Both the position numbers and the translations under genes were made by a program. The notes below the pieces were generated by a model. That model was given only the letters and a program-made list of their open reading frames with translations, had not been told where the DNA came from and made no database searches. Source: Betaproteobacteria bacterium RIFCSPLOWO2_12_FULL_62_13 (GTDB taxonomy: Bacteria; Pseudomonadota; Gammaproteobacteria; Burkholderiales; SG8-41). From it: a DNA stretch of 52,679 nucleotides. Shown here in pieces: positions 1 to 7,685 of this stretch (positions are counted from its first letter, which is position 1; each line of letters starts with the position of its first letter). The stretch spans positions 1 through 52,679 of the forward strand of contig MERG01000418.1 of NCBI GenBank assembly GCA_001771985.1, in the 5' to 3' direction.

Positions 1-1
1 C

Positions 2-235
2 AGGGTGGGCGATCGCCTCACCCTCGTGCGCGAACCCGACAATCCGCACGACGCGAACGCCGTGCGCATCGAGTGGAAAGGCCGCAAGCTCGGCTATGTC
101 CCGCGCCGCGACAACGTCCACCTCGCGCGCCAGATGGACCTGGGTGCCGCGGTGGAAGGGCGCATCACCGGCCTGCACAAGTACCGCAACGGCCGCACCC
201 GTGTAAGCTACGAGATTTCCATACCGCTGAAGTAA
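2..235 (+). CDS. HIRAN domain protein, C-terminal fragment (5' end outside the window)
   Basis: ORF is open to the window edge. LTLVREPDNPHDANAVRIEW..GRKLGYVPR matches the HIRAN signature as I recall it. Stop TAA at 233-235. Confidence 0.6.
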   Translation, partial: RVGDRLTLVREPDNPHDANAVRIEWKGRKLGYVPRRDNVHLARQMDLGAAVEGRITGLHKYRNGRTRVSYEISIPLK

Positions 236-321
236 ACGCCAAACCATCAGCCGCGATACCGCAAAGGAGGCAACATCGGCGTGCTCCGCAATCCGGTGGC
301 CCGCGCGAAAGCTTGAAAGGC

Positions 322-411
322 GTGACGGGTGACGGGTGACGGAAAGAGGTGACGGGTGAAGGGTCACGGGTCACGAGTCACGAGCCACGAGTCACGAGTC
401 ACGAGCCACGC
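322..411. repeat. Tandem heptad array forming an imperfect hairpin (GTGACGG units switching to GTCACGA/GCCACGA units)
   Basis: 13 consecutive 7-nt units, with one 6-nt unit at 343-348. The left half (322-362) and right half (363-411) are complementary in 5 of 7 positions per unit. The array ends 11 nt before ATG 422. Confidence 0.8.
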
Positions 412-421
412 TTTTCCCGCG

Positions 422-1615
422 ATGGAATACTTCTTCGCTACGTGCCCGCGGGGGCTGGAGCGCGTGCTCGCCGACGAGCTTGCCGCGCTCTCCGCACGCG
501 AGGTCAAGCCGGTTGATGGCGGCGTCGCATTCGCGGGCGAGCTCCCGCTGTGCTATGCCGTCAATCTCGAGAGCCGCGTCGCGAGCCGCGTGCTGTGGCG
601 GGTTGGAGAGGCCGGCTATCGCGACGAGCACGACGTATACGAAGCGGCGCGGGCGCTTCCCTGGCCACGCTGGTTCGACGTGCACTGTTCGATTCGCGTC
701 AACGTCACCGCCATCAGGTCGCCCCTCAAGAGCCTCGACTTTGCGACCCTCAGAATCAAGGATGCGGTTTGCGACGTTTTCCGCGCCGCGCGAAACAGGC
801 GGCCCGGCGTGGACACCGCCAGTCCCGACATCCGCATCCACGCCTTCCTGACCCGCGACGCGGCGACGTTTTACCTCGACACTTCAGGCGAAGCGCTGTT
901 CAAGCGCGGATGGCGCATCGCCCGGGGCGATGCGCCATTACGAGAGAATCTCGCAGCAGGGATATTAAAACTCACGGGATGGTCTGCGCCCACCCCGCTC
1001 TACGACCCCATGTGCGGCAGCGGCGCGTTCCTGGTGGAAGCGGCGATGATGGCGCTTGACATCGCGCCGGGCTTGAACCGTCGCTTCGGTTTTGAAAAGC
1101 TGGAAAGCTTCGACGCGAGAAAATGGTGTGTGCTTCGCGACCGGGCACTCGAGCGGAGGAAACTGCCTCAGGGGCTGCCAATCTTTGGCAGCGACAAATC
1201 CGGAACGATCGTCGGCGTCGCGCGCAAAAATCTCGAATCGGCCGGAATAGAAAGTGCCGTCCACCTCAAACAAATCGACATACTCGACGCGAGTCCGCCG
1301 TCCGAAGCCGGCATCATGATAATGAATCCACCTTATGGTGAGCGGCTCTCGGACCGGGAGGCGCTCGCCATGATCTATCCCAAGCTCGGCAACACGCTCA
1401 AGAAGCGCTTCGCAGGCTGGACGGCTTACATCCTGTCCGCCGACATGCGGCTGCCCAAGCTCATCGGCCTCGCGGCCTCCAGACGCACACCGCTCTACAA
1501 CGGGGCGCTGGAATGCCGGCTGTTCGAGTACAGGCTGGTGGCGGGCAGCCTGCGGCGCGGCAAGAGCTTCACTGCCAAGGACGCCAAGGGGCCAAGAGAG
1601 CCGAAAGAAATTTGA
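422..1615 (+). CDS. THUMP-domain class I SAM-dependent RNA methyltransferase (RlmL/UPF0020-like)
   Basis: The N-terminus MEYFFATCPRGLE.. is THUMP-like. SAM motif I is DPMCGSGAFLVEA and motif IV is NPPYGERL. I chose ATG 422 because codons 356-421 only translate the heptad array. Confidence 0.85.
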   Translation: MEYFFATCPRGLERVLADELAALSAREVKPVDGGVAFAGELPLCYAVNLESRVASRVLWRVGEAGYRDEHDVYEAARALPWPRWFDVHCSIRVNVTAIRSPLKSLDFATLRIKDAVCDVFRAARNRRPGVDTASPDIRIHAFLTRDAATFYLDTSGEALFKRGWRIARGDAPLRENLAAGILKLTGWSAPTPLYDPMCGSGAFLVEAAMMALDIAPGLNRRFGFEKLESFDARKWCVLRDRALERRKLPQGLPIFGSDKSGTIVGVARKNLESAGIESAVHLKQIDILDASPPSEAGIMIMNPPYGERLSDREALAMIYPKLGNTLKKRFAGWTAYILSADMRLPKLIGLAASRRTPLYNGALECRLFEYRLVAGSLRRGKSFTAKDAKGPREPKEI

Positions 1616-2022
1616 CTGGTCTCATGTCTTTCCGTTGACGAGTCCCATGAGCCCAATGCCTTGAATAACGCGCCGCATTGACGTGTCGATGACAGCCACC
1701 ACCACAACTCGATGGCACGCCACGACGTCGGGTCCCGTGCGGGCACGCCTATCCAGAGTATTAGACACCTGAGCGCCAGGAATGTCTAACCCGGGCCGAT
1801 CCGGGCCCCGCAACGGCTCAATGCTCAGCAATATTCTTCTCCTCGTGTTTTCCCAGCGATTGGGGGCTTGGGATGACCGCTGTCAACCTGAATGCTTGCC
1901 GCTGCGTTTGAGCGTACGCACAGTTCGCAAAGTAACGGCTCGGAAGATATAGCGCTGAGTGCGCGAGCCGCATGCGAATGGCAAACGTAGTTCACGAAAC
2001 CAACATCCCACAGGAGGGGGCC

Positions 2023-2439
2023 ATGGAAAGAGCACAAACATTGAAGATTCTCAACGCGCTTGCACACGGCGTGCACCCGGCGACGGGGGAGCAATTTGCC
2101 TCCGACAGTCCGTACCAGCATCCCGACACGGTGCGCGCACTGTTCGAGGCGATGCGCGCAGTCGAAAGCAACGGTGCGGCGCCTGCGGCACGAGGGCAGC
2201 CGGCAGCATCGCTCCCCGGAAACGCCGGATCGCGCTGGACTTCAGAAGAGGAGGAGCGCCTTGCGGCGGCATTCGACAGCGGACGGACGGTCGATGAACT
2301 CGCGCGCGAGCACAACCGTACCCGCGCCGCGATCGAGGCAAGATTGGTCAGGCTCGGGAAGCTCGATGCCTCAGCGGTGACCACGCCGCTGCGCTATCCG
2401 CCCAAATCGGGCGGGCGTTCCGCACAGAACAACGTGTGA
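2023..2439 (+). CDS. Hypothetical protein with a C-terminal SANT/Myb-like helix-turn-helix segment
   Basis: AGGAGGGGG lies 3 nt upstream of ATG 2023. RWTSEEEERLAAAFDSGRTVDELAREHNRTRAAIEARLVRLGKL resembles a Myb/SANT-type HTH. I recognise no firm family. Confidence 0.5.
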   Translation: MERAQTLKILNALAHGVHPATGEQFASDSPYQHPDTVRALFEAMRAVESNGAAPAARGQPAASLPGNAGSRWTSEEEERLAAAFDSGRTVDELAREHNRTRAAIEARLVRLGKLDASAVTTPLRYPPKSGGRSAQNNV

Positions 2440-2451
2440 CGGCGCGCGGGG

Positions 2452-2628
2452 CGTGACTCGGGAGGTCGTGAGTTCGGGAGATCGGGAGGTCGTGAGTTCG
2501 GGAGATCGGGAGATCGGGAGATCGTGAAATGGAAAGACCGTGAGTTCTGGAGATCGTGAAGAGTTGTATTTCCCTCTCCCGCTCTCACGCCCTCCCGGAA
2601 TTTGACGCTCTCGCGCCCTCACGCTGTG
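2452..2628. repeat. Octad (8-nt) tandem array with a complementary downstream arm
   Basis: About 14 units of CGGGAGGT/CGTGAGTT/CGGGAGAT lie at 2452-2562, including a perfect 24-nt duplication (2459-2482 = 2483-2506). The reverse complement of 2571-2628 reads CGGGAGGG CGTGAGAG CGGGAGAG, matching 6 of 8 positions per unit. It lies between convergent genes. Confidence 0.8.
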
Positions 2629-2644
2629 ATGGGATGTCCCGGCA

Positions 2645-3781
2645 TTAAACGATGTTCAGGTGCTCGATCCCCGTCATCACGTCCTTTTCCTTCGCTTCCT
2701 TGCCGTGCAGCTTGATCATCAGCCGCAGCTCGTTCACCGAGTCGGCGTTCCTGAGCCCATCCTCGTAGCTGATCAGACCCGCTTCGTAGAGCTCGAACAG
2801 ATGCTGGTCGAAAGTCTGCATGCCGAGCTCGCGCGATTTCGCCATGATCGCCTTGATCTCATGCACCTCGCCCTTGAAGATGAGATCCTGGATCAACGGC
2901 GAGTTGAGCATGATTTCCACCGCCGGCACGCGTCCCTTGCCGTCCTTCTTCGGGATCAGCCGCTGGGAAATGATCGCCCGGATGTTGAGCGAGAGATCCA
3001 TCAGGAGCTGGTGCCTGCGCTCTTCGGGGAAGAAGTTGATGATGCGGTCGAGCGCCTGGTTGGAGCTGTTGGCATGCAGCGTCGCCATGCACAGGTGGCC
3101 GGTTTCGGAGAAGGCGATCCCGTAGTCCATCGTGTCCCGGTCGCGGATCTCCCCGATGAGGATCACGTCCGGCGCCTGCCGCAGCGTGTTCTTGAGCGCG
3201 ACATGCCACGAATCGGTGTCGACCCCGACTTCGCGCTGTGTGACGACGCAGTTCTTGTGCTCGTGCACGAATTCGACCGGGTCTTCGATCGTGATGATAT
3301 GGCCGTAGCTGTTTTCATTGCGATAACCGGTCATCGCCGCAAGTGTGGTCGATTTGCCCTGACCCGTGCCGCCGACCATGATGATGAGACCGCGCTTGGT
3401 CATCACGAGGTCTTTCAGTATCGGCGGCAAACCCAGCTCTTCGACACTGGGGATCTTGGCATTGATGGTGCGCAGTACTATACCGATCCGACCCATTTGC
3501 ACAAAGCAGCTCACGCGGAAACGGCCGATGCCCCTCGGGCTGATCGCGAAATTGCACTCTTTGGTCGCCTCGAATTCCGCGACCTGCTTGTCGTTCATGA
3601 TGGAGTGCGAAAGCTCGACGGTATGCTGGGGCGTAAGCGGCTGGGAGGCCACCGGCGTCACCTTGCCGTCGACTTTGATCGCGGGAGGAAAACCGGCGGT
3701 AATAAAGAGGTCGGAGGCCTTCTTGTCCACCATTGCCTGCAGCAGGTCATTTATGAATTTGACTGCCTGATCTCGTTCCAT
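2645..3781 (-). CDS. pilU: Type IV pilus retraction ATPase PilU
   Basis: KASDLFITAGFPPAIKVDGK N-terminus and Walker A GGTGQGKST. It lies directly downstream of pilT on the same strand. Confidence 0.9.
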   Translation of the reverse strand: MERDQAVKFINDLLQAMVDKKASDLFITAGFPPAIKVDGKVTPVASQPLTPQHTVELSHSIMNDKQVAEFEATKECNFAISPRGIGRFRVSCFVQMGRIGIVLRTINAKIPSVEELGLPPILKDLVMTKRGLIIMVGGTGQGKSTTLAAMTGYRNENSYGHIITIEDPVEFVHEHKNCVVTQREVGVDTDSWHVALKNTLRQAPDVILIGEIRDRDTMDYGIAFSETGHLCMATLHANSSNQALDRIINFFPEERRHQLLMDLSLNIRAIISQRLIPKKDGKGRVPAVEIMLNSPLIQDLIFKGEVHEIKAIMAKSRELGMQTFDQHLFELYEAGLISYEDGLRNADSVNELRLMIKLHGKEAKEKDVMTGIEHLNIV

Positions 3782-3850
3782 ATGTCGCTCCTCAGGTGCG
3801 CCGGCCCGTAAAACGGTTGCTGCTGTTCCGCCGGGCGGGCATCTACCCCG

Positions 3851-4891
3851 TTACTTGAAGTTGTCCTTGTTGGCAGCTTTGCCCCGTGCTTCGTCTACGG
3901 AAATGACGTTGCGCTTGACCAGCTCCTGCAGGTTCTGGTCCAGCGTCTGCATGCCATACTGCTGGCCGGTCTGGATCGCCGAATACATCTGCGCCACCTT
4001 GCTCTCGCGGATGAGGTTGCGGATCGCCGGCGTGCCGATCATGATCTCATGCGCCGCGACGCGCGCGGCTCCGTCCTTGGTCTTGAGCAGCGTCTGCGAG
4101 ATCACCGCCCGCAAAGACTCGGACAGCATGGCGCGCATCATCTCCTTCTCTTCGGCCGGGAACACGTCGATGATGCGGTCGATGGTCTTGGCCGCGGAGC
4201 TCGTGTGCAGCGTGCCGAACACCAGGTGCCCGGTTTCGGCTGCCGTCATCGCCAGCCGGATGGTCTCCAGGTCGCGCATCTCGCCGACCAGGATGATATC
4301 CGGATCTTCGCGCAGCGCCGAGCGCAGCGCGTTCGCGAATGACAGCGTGTGCGGCCCCACCTCGCGCTGGTTGATGAGGCATTTCTTGCTTTCGTGCACG
4401 AATTCGATCGGGTCTTCCACCGTCAGGACGTGCGCGTGCTCGTTGTCGTTTATATGATCGATCATCGCCGCCAGCGTGGTGGACTTGCCTGAACCGGTAG
4501 GGCCTGTCACCAGCACGACTCCGCGCGGCTGGTTGGCGATATCAACAAAAGCCTTGGGCGCTTTGAGGTCCTGGAGCGAGAGCACCTTGGTGGGAATGGT
4601 CCGGAACGCGGCGCCCGCGCCGCGGTTCTGAACGAAGGCGTTGACCCGGAAGCGCGCGAGATTGGGAATCGCGAACGAGAAATCGCACTCGAGATTTTCC
4701 TCGTAGAACTTACGCTGGCCGTCGTTCATGATGTCGTAGACCAGGGCGTGCACATCCTTGTGCTCCATCGGCGGCAGGTTGATGCGCCGTATGTCGCCGT
4801 GCACGCGGATCATCGGCGGCAGGCCCGCCGAAAGATGAAGATCCGAGGCTTTGTTCTTGACCGAGAAGGCCAGCAGTTCAGCGATGTCCAT
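3851..4891 (-). CDS. pilT: Type IV pilus twitching motility ATPase PilT
   Basis: MDIAELLAFSVKNKASDLHLSAGLPPMIRVHGDIRR and Walker A GPTGSGKST. From ATG 4891 the protein is 346 aa. The 27 upstream codons of the tracked ORF look non-coding. Confidence 0.9.
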   Translation of the reverse strand: MDIAELLAFSVKNKASDLHLSAGLPPMIRVHGDIRRINLPPMEHKDVHALVYDIMNDGQRKFYEENLECDFSFAIPNLARFRVNAFVQNRGAGAAFRTIPTKVLSLQDLKAPKAFVDIANQPRGVVLVTGPTGSGKSTTLAAMIDHINDNEHAHVLTVEDPIEFVHESKKCLINQREVGPHTLSFANALRSALREDPDIILVGEMRDLETIRLAMTAAETGHLVFGTLHTSSAAKTIDRIIDVFPAEEKEMMRAMLSESLRAVISQTLLKTKDGAARVAAHEIMIGTPAIRNLIRESKVAQMYSAIQTGQQYGMQTLDQNLQELVKRNVISVDEARGKAANKDNFK

Positions 4892-4983
4892 TATAATGCT
4901 CCACCATGTAAGAAGCGGGTCTAAATACTGGCGATAACGGCCTGATTTTACTTCAAACACCCTTTCCCGCACTGCGCGAAATT

Positions 4984-5673
4984 ATGACAACAATTGCCGC
5001 CAACATGCAAGCTGTGCGCGATCGCATCGCATGTGCCGCGCAGGGCGCCGGGCGGCCGCCGTCCTCTATCGCGCTGATTGCAGTGAGTAAAACCTGGCCC
5101 GCGGAGTACATTGCCGCGGCGCACGCGTGCGGCCAGCGCGCGTTCGCCGAGAGTTACGCACAGGAGGCCATGGAGAAGATGAAGCCGCTCGCGCATCTGC
5201 CGCTCGAGTGGCACTTCATCGGGCCGCTCCAGAGCAACAAGACGCGCCCCATCGCCGAGCATTTCCACTGGGTGCACAGCGTGGAGCGCGAGAAGATCGC
5301 GGCACGACTGAACGAGGCGCGCCCCGAACGCCTGCCGCCGCTTAACGTTTGCATCCAGGTCAACGTAAGCGGCGAGGCAAGCAAGAGCGGGGTGGCGCCC
5401 GGTCAGGAGCCTGTCCTCGCGCGCGCCATCGCGGCCCTGCCGCGCCTCAGGCTGCGCGGATTGATGGCGATCCCCGAGCCGACGCGCGACGCGGGGCTTC
5501 AGCGCCGGCGTTTCGCGTTGCTGCGTGAACTCAAGGATGGACTCGTGGCAGCCGGTTTTGCCGTCGACACGCTCTCGATGGGCATGTCGGACGACCTCGA
5601 AGCGGCGATCCTCGAGGGCGCCACCATGGTGCGCGTCGGCACCGCCATCTTCGGCGAACGGATCAAGAGCTAA
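4984..5673 (+). CDS. yggS: YggS-family pyridoxal-phosphate homeostasis protein
   Basis: LIAVSKTWP (PLP lysine) and HFIGPLQSNK motifs. It sits in the conserved position between pilT and proC. Confidence 0.9.
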   Translation: MTTIAANMQAVRDRIACAAQGAGRPPSSIALIAVSKTWPAEYIAAAHACGQRAFAESYAQEAMEKMKPLAHLPLEWHFIGPLQSNKTRPIAEHFHWVHSVEREKIAARLNEARPERLPPLNVCIQVNVSGEASKSGVAPGQEPVLARAIAALPRLRLRGLMAIPEPTRDAGLQRRRFALLRELKDGLVAAGFAVDTLSMGMSDDLEAAILEGATMVRVGTAIFGERIKS

Positions 5674-5872
5674 CCGCAAAGGCGCGAAGGCGCAAAGAAA
5701 GCCTGGACTGTTATGAGACAAGACTATGGTTTATGCTAATGCACTACGGCCGTTTGCTTGTGAAGACTTCGCGGCCATGGTCACAAGCCCCGCCAACGCC
5801 ATCGCCTCCAATGCAATTGCTCATGTCTGTTTTTCTTTGCGTTTCCTTTGCGCCTTCGCGCCTTTGCGGTTA
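5671..5872. repeat. 27-bp perfect inverted repeat of AAGGCGC-type heptads flanking a 148-nt core
   Basis: TAACCGCAAAGGCGCGAAGGCGCAAAG at 5671-5697 equals the reverse complement of 5846-5872. The left arm begins with the yggS stop codon. The right arm ends 20 nt before the proC ATG. The core is visibly less GC-rich. Confidence 0.8.
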
Positions 5873-5892
5873 AGCATTTTTCGAGGAACGAA

Positions 5893-6705
5893 ATGACTGT
5901 TACATTTATCGGCGGCGGCAACATGGCGACCGCGATGATCGGCGGTCTGCTGAAGAAAGGATGGTCGGCGGACGCGATCCGCGTTGTCGAAATCGACGCC
6001 GGCGCGCGCGCGCGGCTCGCCCGCGAGCTGAAGGTGAAAGCCGTGGCCGAGCTTGGTCCGGACGCGGCCGGAGCAGAGTGCATCGTGCTCGCAGTCAAGC
6101 CCCAGCAGATGCGTGAGGCGGCCCGGGCATTGCATCCGATGCTCGCCTCCCAGCTTCTGGTCACAATTGCCGCCGGCATCGGGCTGCGGGACCTTTCGCG
6201 CTGGCTGGGCGGGTATCAGAGGCTCGTTCGCGTAATGCCCAATACGCCGGCCCTGGTGCTCGCCGGCATTTCGGGTCTTTGTGCGATGCCCGCCGTTTGC
6301 GCGGAAGACCGTGCGCGAGCAGAGGAAATCATGGGCGCGGTCGGCACCACGCTGTGGCTCGACCGCGAGGAGCAGATGGATGCGATCACTGCGGTCTCGG
6401 GCAGCGGGCCGGCCTACGTGTTTTACTTCATCGAAGCGCTGCAACTGGCGGCCTCCGAGCTCGGGTTCGAGGCGGCGGATGCGCGCCGTCTGGCGCTCGA
6501 AACTTTCGCCGGTGCCGTGAAACTCGCGCGGACGAGCGGCGAGGATCCCGCCACATTGCGCGCGCGTGTGACTTCCAAAGGCGGCACCACCGAGCGGGCG
6601 CTCGGCGTCATGGAAGCGCAGGCGCTCAAGGAAATCGTGGTGCGCGCGGTGCGCGCGGCCGCCGCGCGCTCGCGCGAACTGGGCGAGGAACTGGGCAGTC
6701 AATAA
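5893..6705 (+). CDS. proC: Pyrroline-5-carboxylate reductase
   Basis: MTVTFIGGGNMATAMIGGL Rossmann start and a GAGGA ribosome-binding site at 5884-5888. SKGGTTERAL motif near the C-terminus. Confidence 0.9.
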   Translation: MTVTFIGGGNMATAMIGGLLKKGWSADAIRVVEIDAGARARLARELKVKAVAELGPDAAGAECIVLAVKPQQMREAARALHPMLASQLLVTIAAGIGLRDLSRWLGGYQRLVRVMPNTPALVLAGISGLCAMPAVCAEDRARAEEIMGAVGTTLWLDREEQMDAITAVSGSGPAYVFYFIEALQLAASELGFEAADARRLALETFAGAVKLARTSGEDPATLRARVTSKGGTTERALGVMEAQALKEIVVRAVRAAAARSRELGEELGSQ

Positions 6706-7281
6706 ATGCTCGAGAACGCGCTGATATTCCTGGTGAACACCGTCTTCGGGCTGTTCACCATGGCGCTGCTGGTGCGCTTCTACGTGCAGTGGGCGCGCGC
6801 TCCCTACCGCAACCCGTTGTCCGAATTCCTGAGCGCGTTAACGGATTTTATGGTGCTTCCCGCGCGCCGCGTGATCCCCGGCCTGTGGGGGCTCGATCTC
6901 GCGACACTGGTGCTGGCGTGGCTGATCCAGCTCCTGGAATTATTCATCATATTCCTGATCAAAGGCCATCCGCTTGCCGCCGCCGGCAGCGCCTTCGTCG
7001 GACTTGCGTTGTTAGCGGGGCTCATGATCGTCAAGTTCGGACTCTACATCGTGATCGTTGTGGTGGTGGTCCAGGCAGTCATGTCCTGGATCAATCCCTA
7101 TACCCCGCTCGCACCGCTTTTCAACAGCATGAGCCGGCCATTCCTGCGGGTTTTCCAGAAGCTGATCCCGCCGATCGGCAACGTCGACCTGTCGCCGCTG
7201 TTCGTGATCGTCATCTGCCAGCTCCTGCTGATGCTGCCGGTCGCCTATCTCGAGATGACGCTCTCGCAATGGTTGGGATGA
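6706..7281 (+). CDS. yggT: YggT-family integral membrane protein
   Basis: The ATG immediately follows the proC stop codon. Hydrophobic 191-aa product in the conserved yggS-proC-yggT order. Confidence 0.85.
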   Translation: MLENALIFLVNTVFGLFTMALLVRFYVQWARAPYRNPLSEFLSALTDFMVLPARRVIPGLWGLDLATLVLAWLIQLLELFIIFLIKGHPLAAAGSAFVGLALLAGLMIVKFGLYIVIVVVVVQAVMSWINPYTPLAPLFNSMSRPFLRVFQKLIPPIGNVDLSPLFVIVICQLLLMLPVAYLEMTLSQWLG

Positions 7282-7583
7282 CCGGCTGGCACCGCTTCGA
7301 TCCCGATGCGCGGCGGCTCACGCTTACCGTTCATGTGCAACCCAATGCGGCCGCAAGCGCGGTCGCCGGAATCCACGGCGATGCGCTCAAGATCCGGATC
7401 GCGGCGCCTGCCGTCGACAACAAGGCGAATGCGGCGCTGATCGATTTTCTGCACCGTCTCCTGAATGTTCCCGCCTCGCAGATCAACCTTCGCCGAGGCG
7501 CGCACGGGCGGCGTAAGATCATCGAGATCACCAACGCCAACGCATCGCTGCTGACGCGTCTCAAGGCCGCCGTGGGGCAGTAG
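7269..7583 (+). CDS. yggU: DUF167 (YggU) family protein
   Basis: These are the last 104 codons of the long tracked ORF 6279..7583. AAPAVDNKANAALIDFL..RRGAHGRRKIIEI is YggU-like. An alternative ATG at 7278 overlaps the yggT stop (ATGA). Confidence 0.8.
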   Translation: MVGMTGWHRFDPDARRLTLTVHVQPNAAASAVAGIHGDALKIRIAAPAVDNKANAALIDFLHRLLNVPASQINLRRGAHGRRKIIEITNANASLLTRLKAAVGQ

Positions 7584-7596
7584 CACCGATCCTGGA

Positions 7597-7685
7597 GTGA
7601 CGGGTGATGAGTGACAAGTGAGCGGTGACGAGTGACGGGTGATGTAGTTACCCATTTCCCATTTCCGATTTCCTATTTACGATTT
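7597..7685. repeat. Two adjacent, different heptad arrays (GTGAYGR x7, then CCNATTT x5)
   Basis: 7597-7645 reads GTGACGG GTGATGA GTGACAA GTGAGCG GTGACGA GTGACGG GTGATGT. 7651-7685 reads CCCATTT CCCATTT CCGATTT CCTATTT ACGATTT. The second array overlaps the last codons and stop codon of the PLD gene. Confidence 0.75.

Noticed and set aside
356-421. An N-terminal extension of the methyltransferase (MKGHGSRVTSHESRVTSHESRVTSH..)
   Set aside because: It is a pure translation of the heptad array. The conserved THUMP N-terminus begins at ATG 422.
1622-1831. A 69-codon minus-strand ORF in the unassigned gap
   Set aside because: It has no ribosome-binding site and no recognisable family, and its first half is low-complexity. 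I kept it only as a possible gene remnant in the findings.
2452-2562. A possible CRISPR array
   Set aside because: The units are 8 nt long and contiguous, with no unique spacers. No cas genes are present. This is a microsatellite-like array, not CRISPR.
6279-7268. The N-terminal 330 codons of the 434-codon ORF 6279..7583
   Set aside because: This stretch overlaps proC and yggT out of frame and has Arg/Gly-rich junk composition. Only the last 104 codons (yggU/DUF167) look real.
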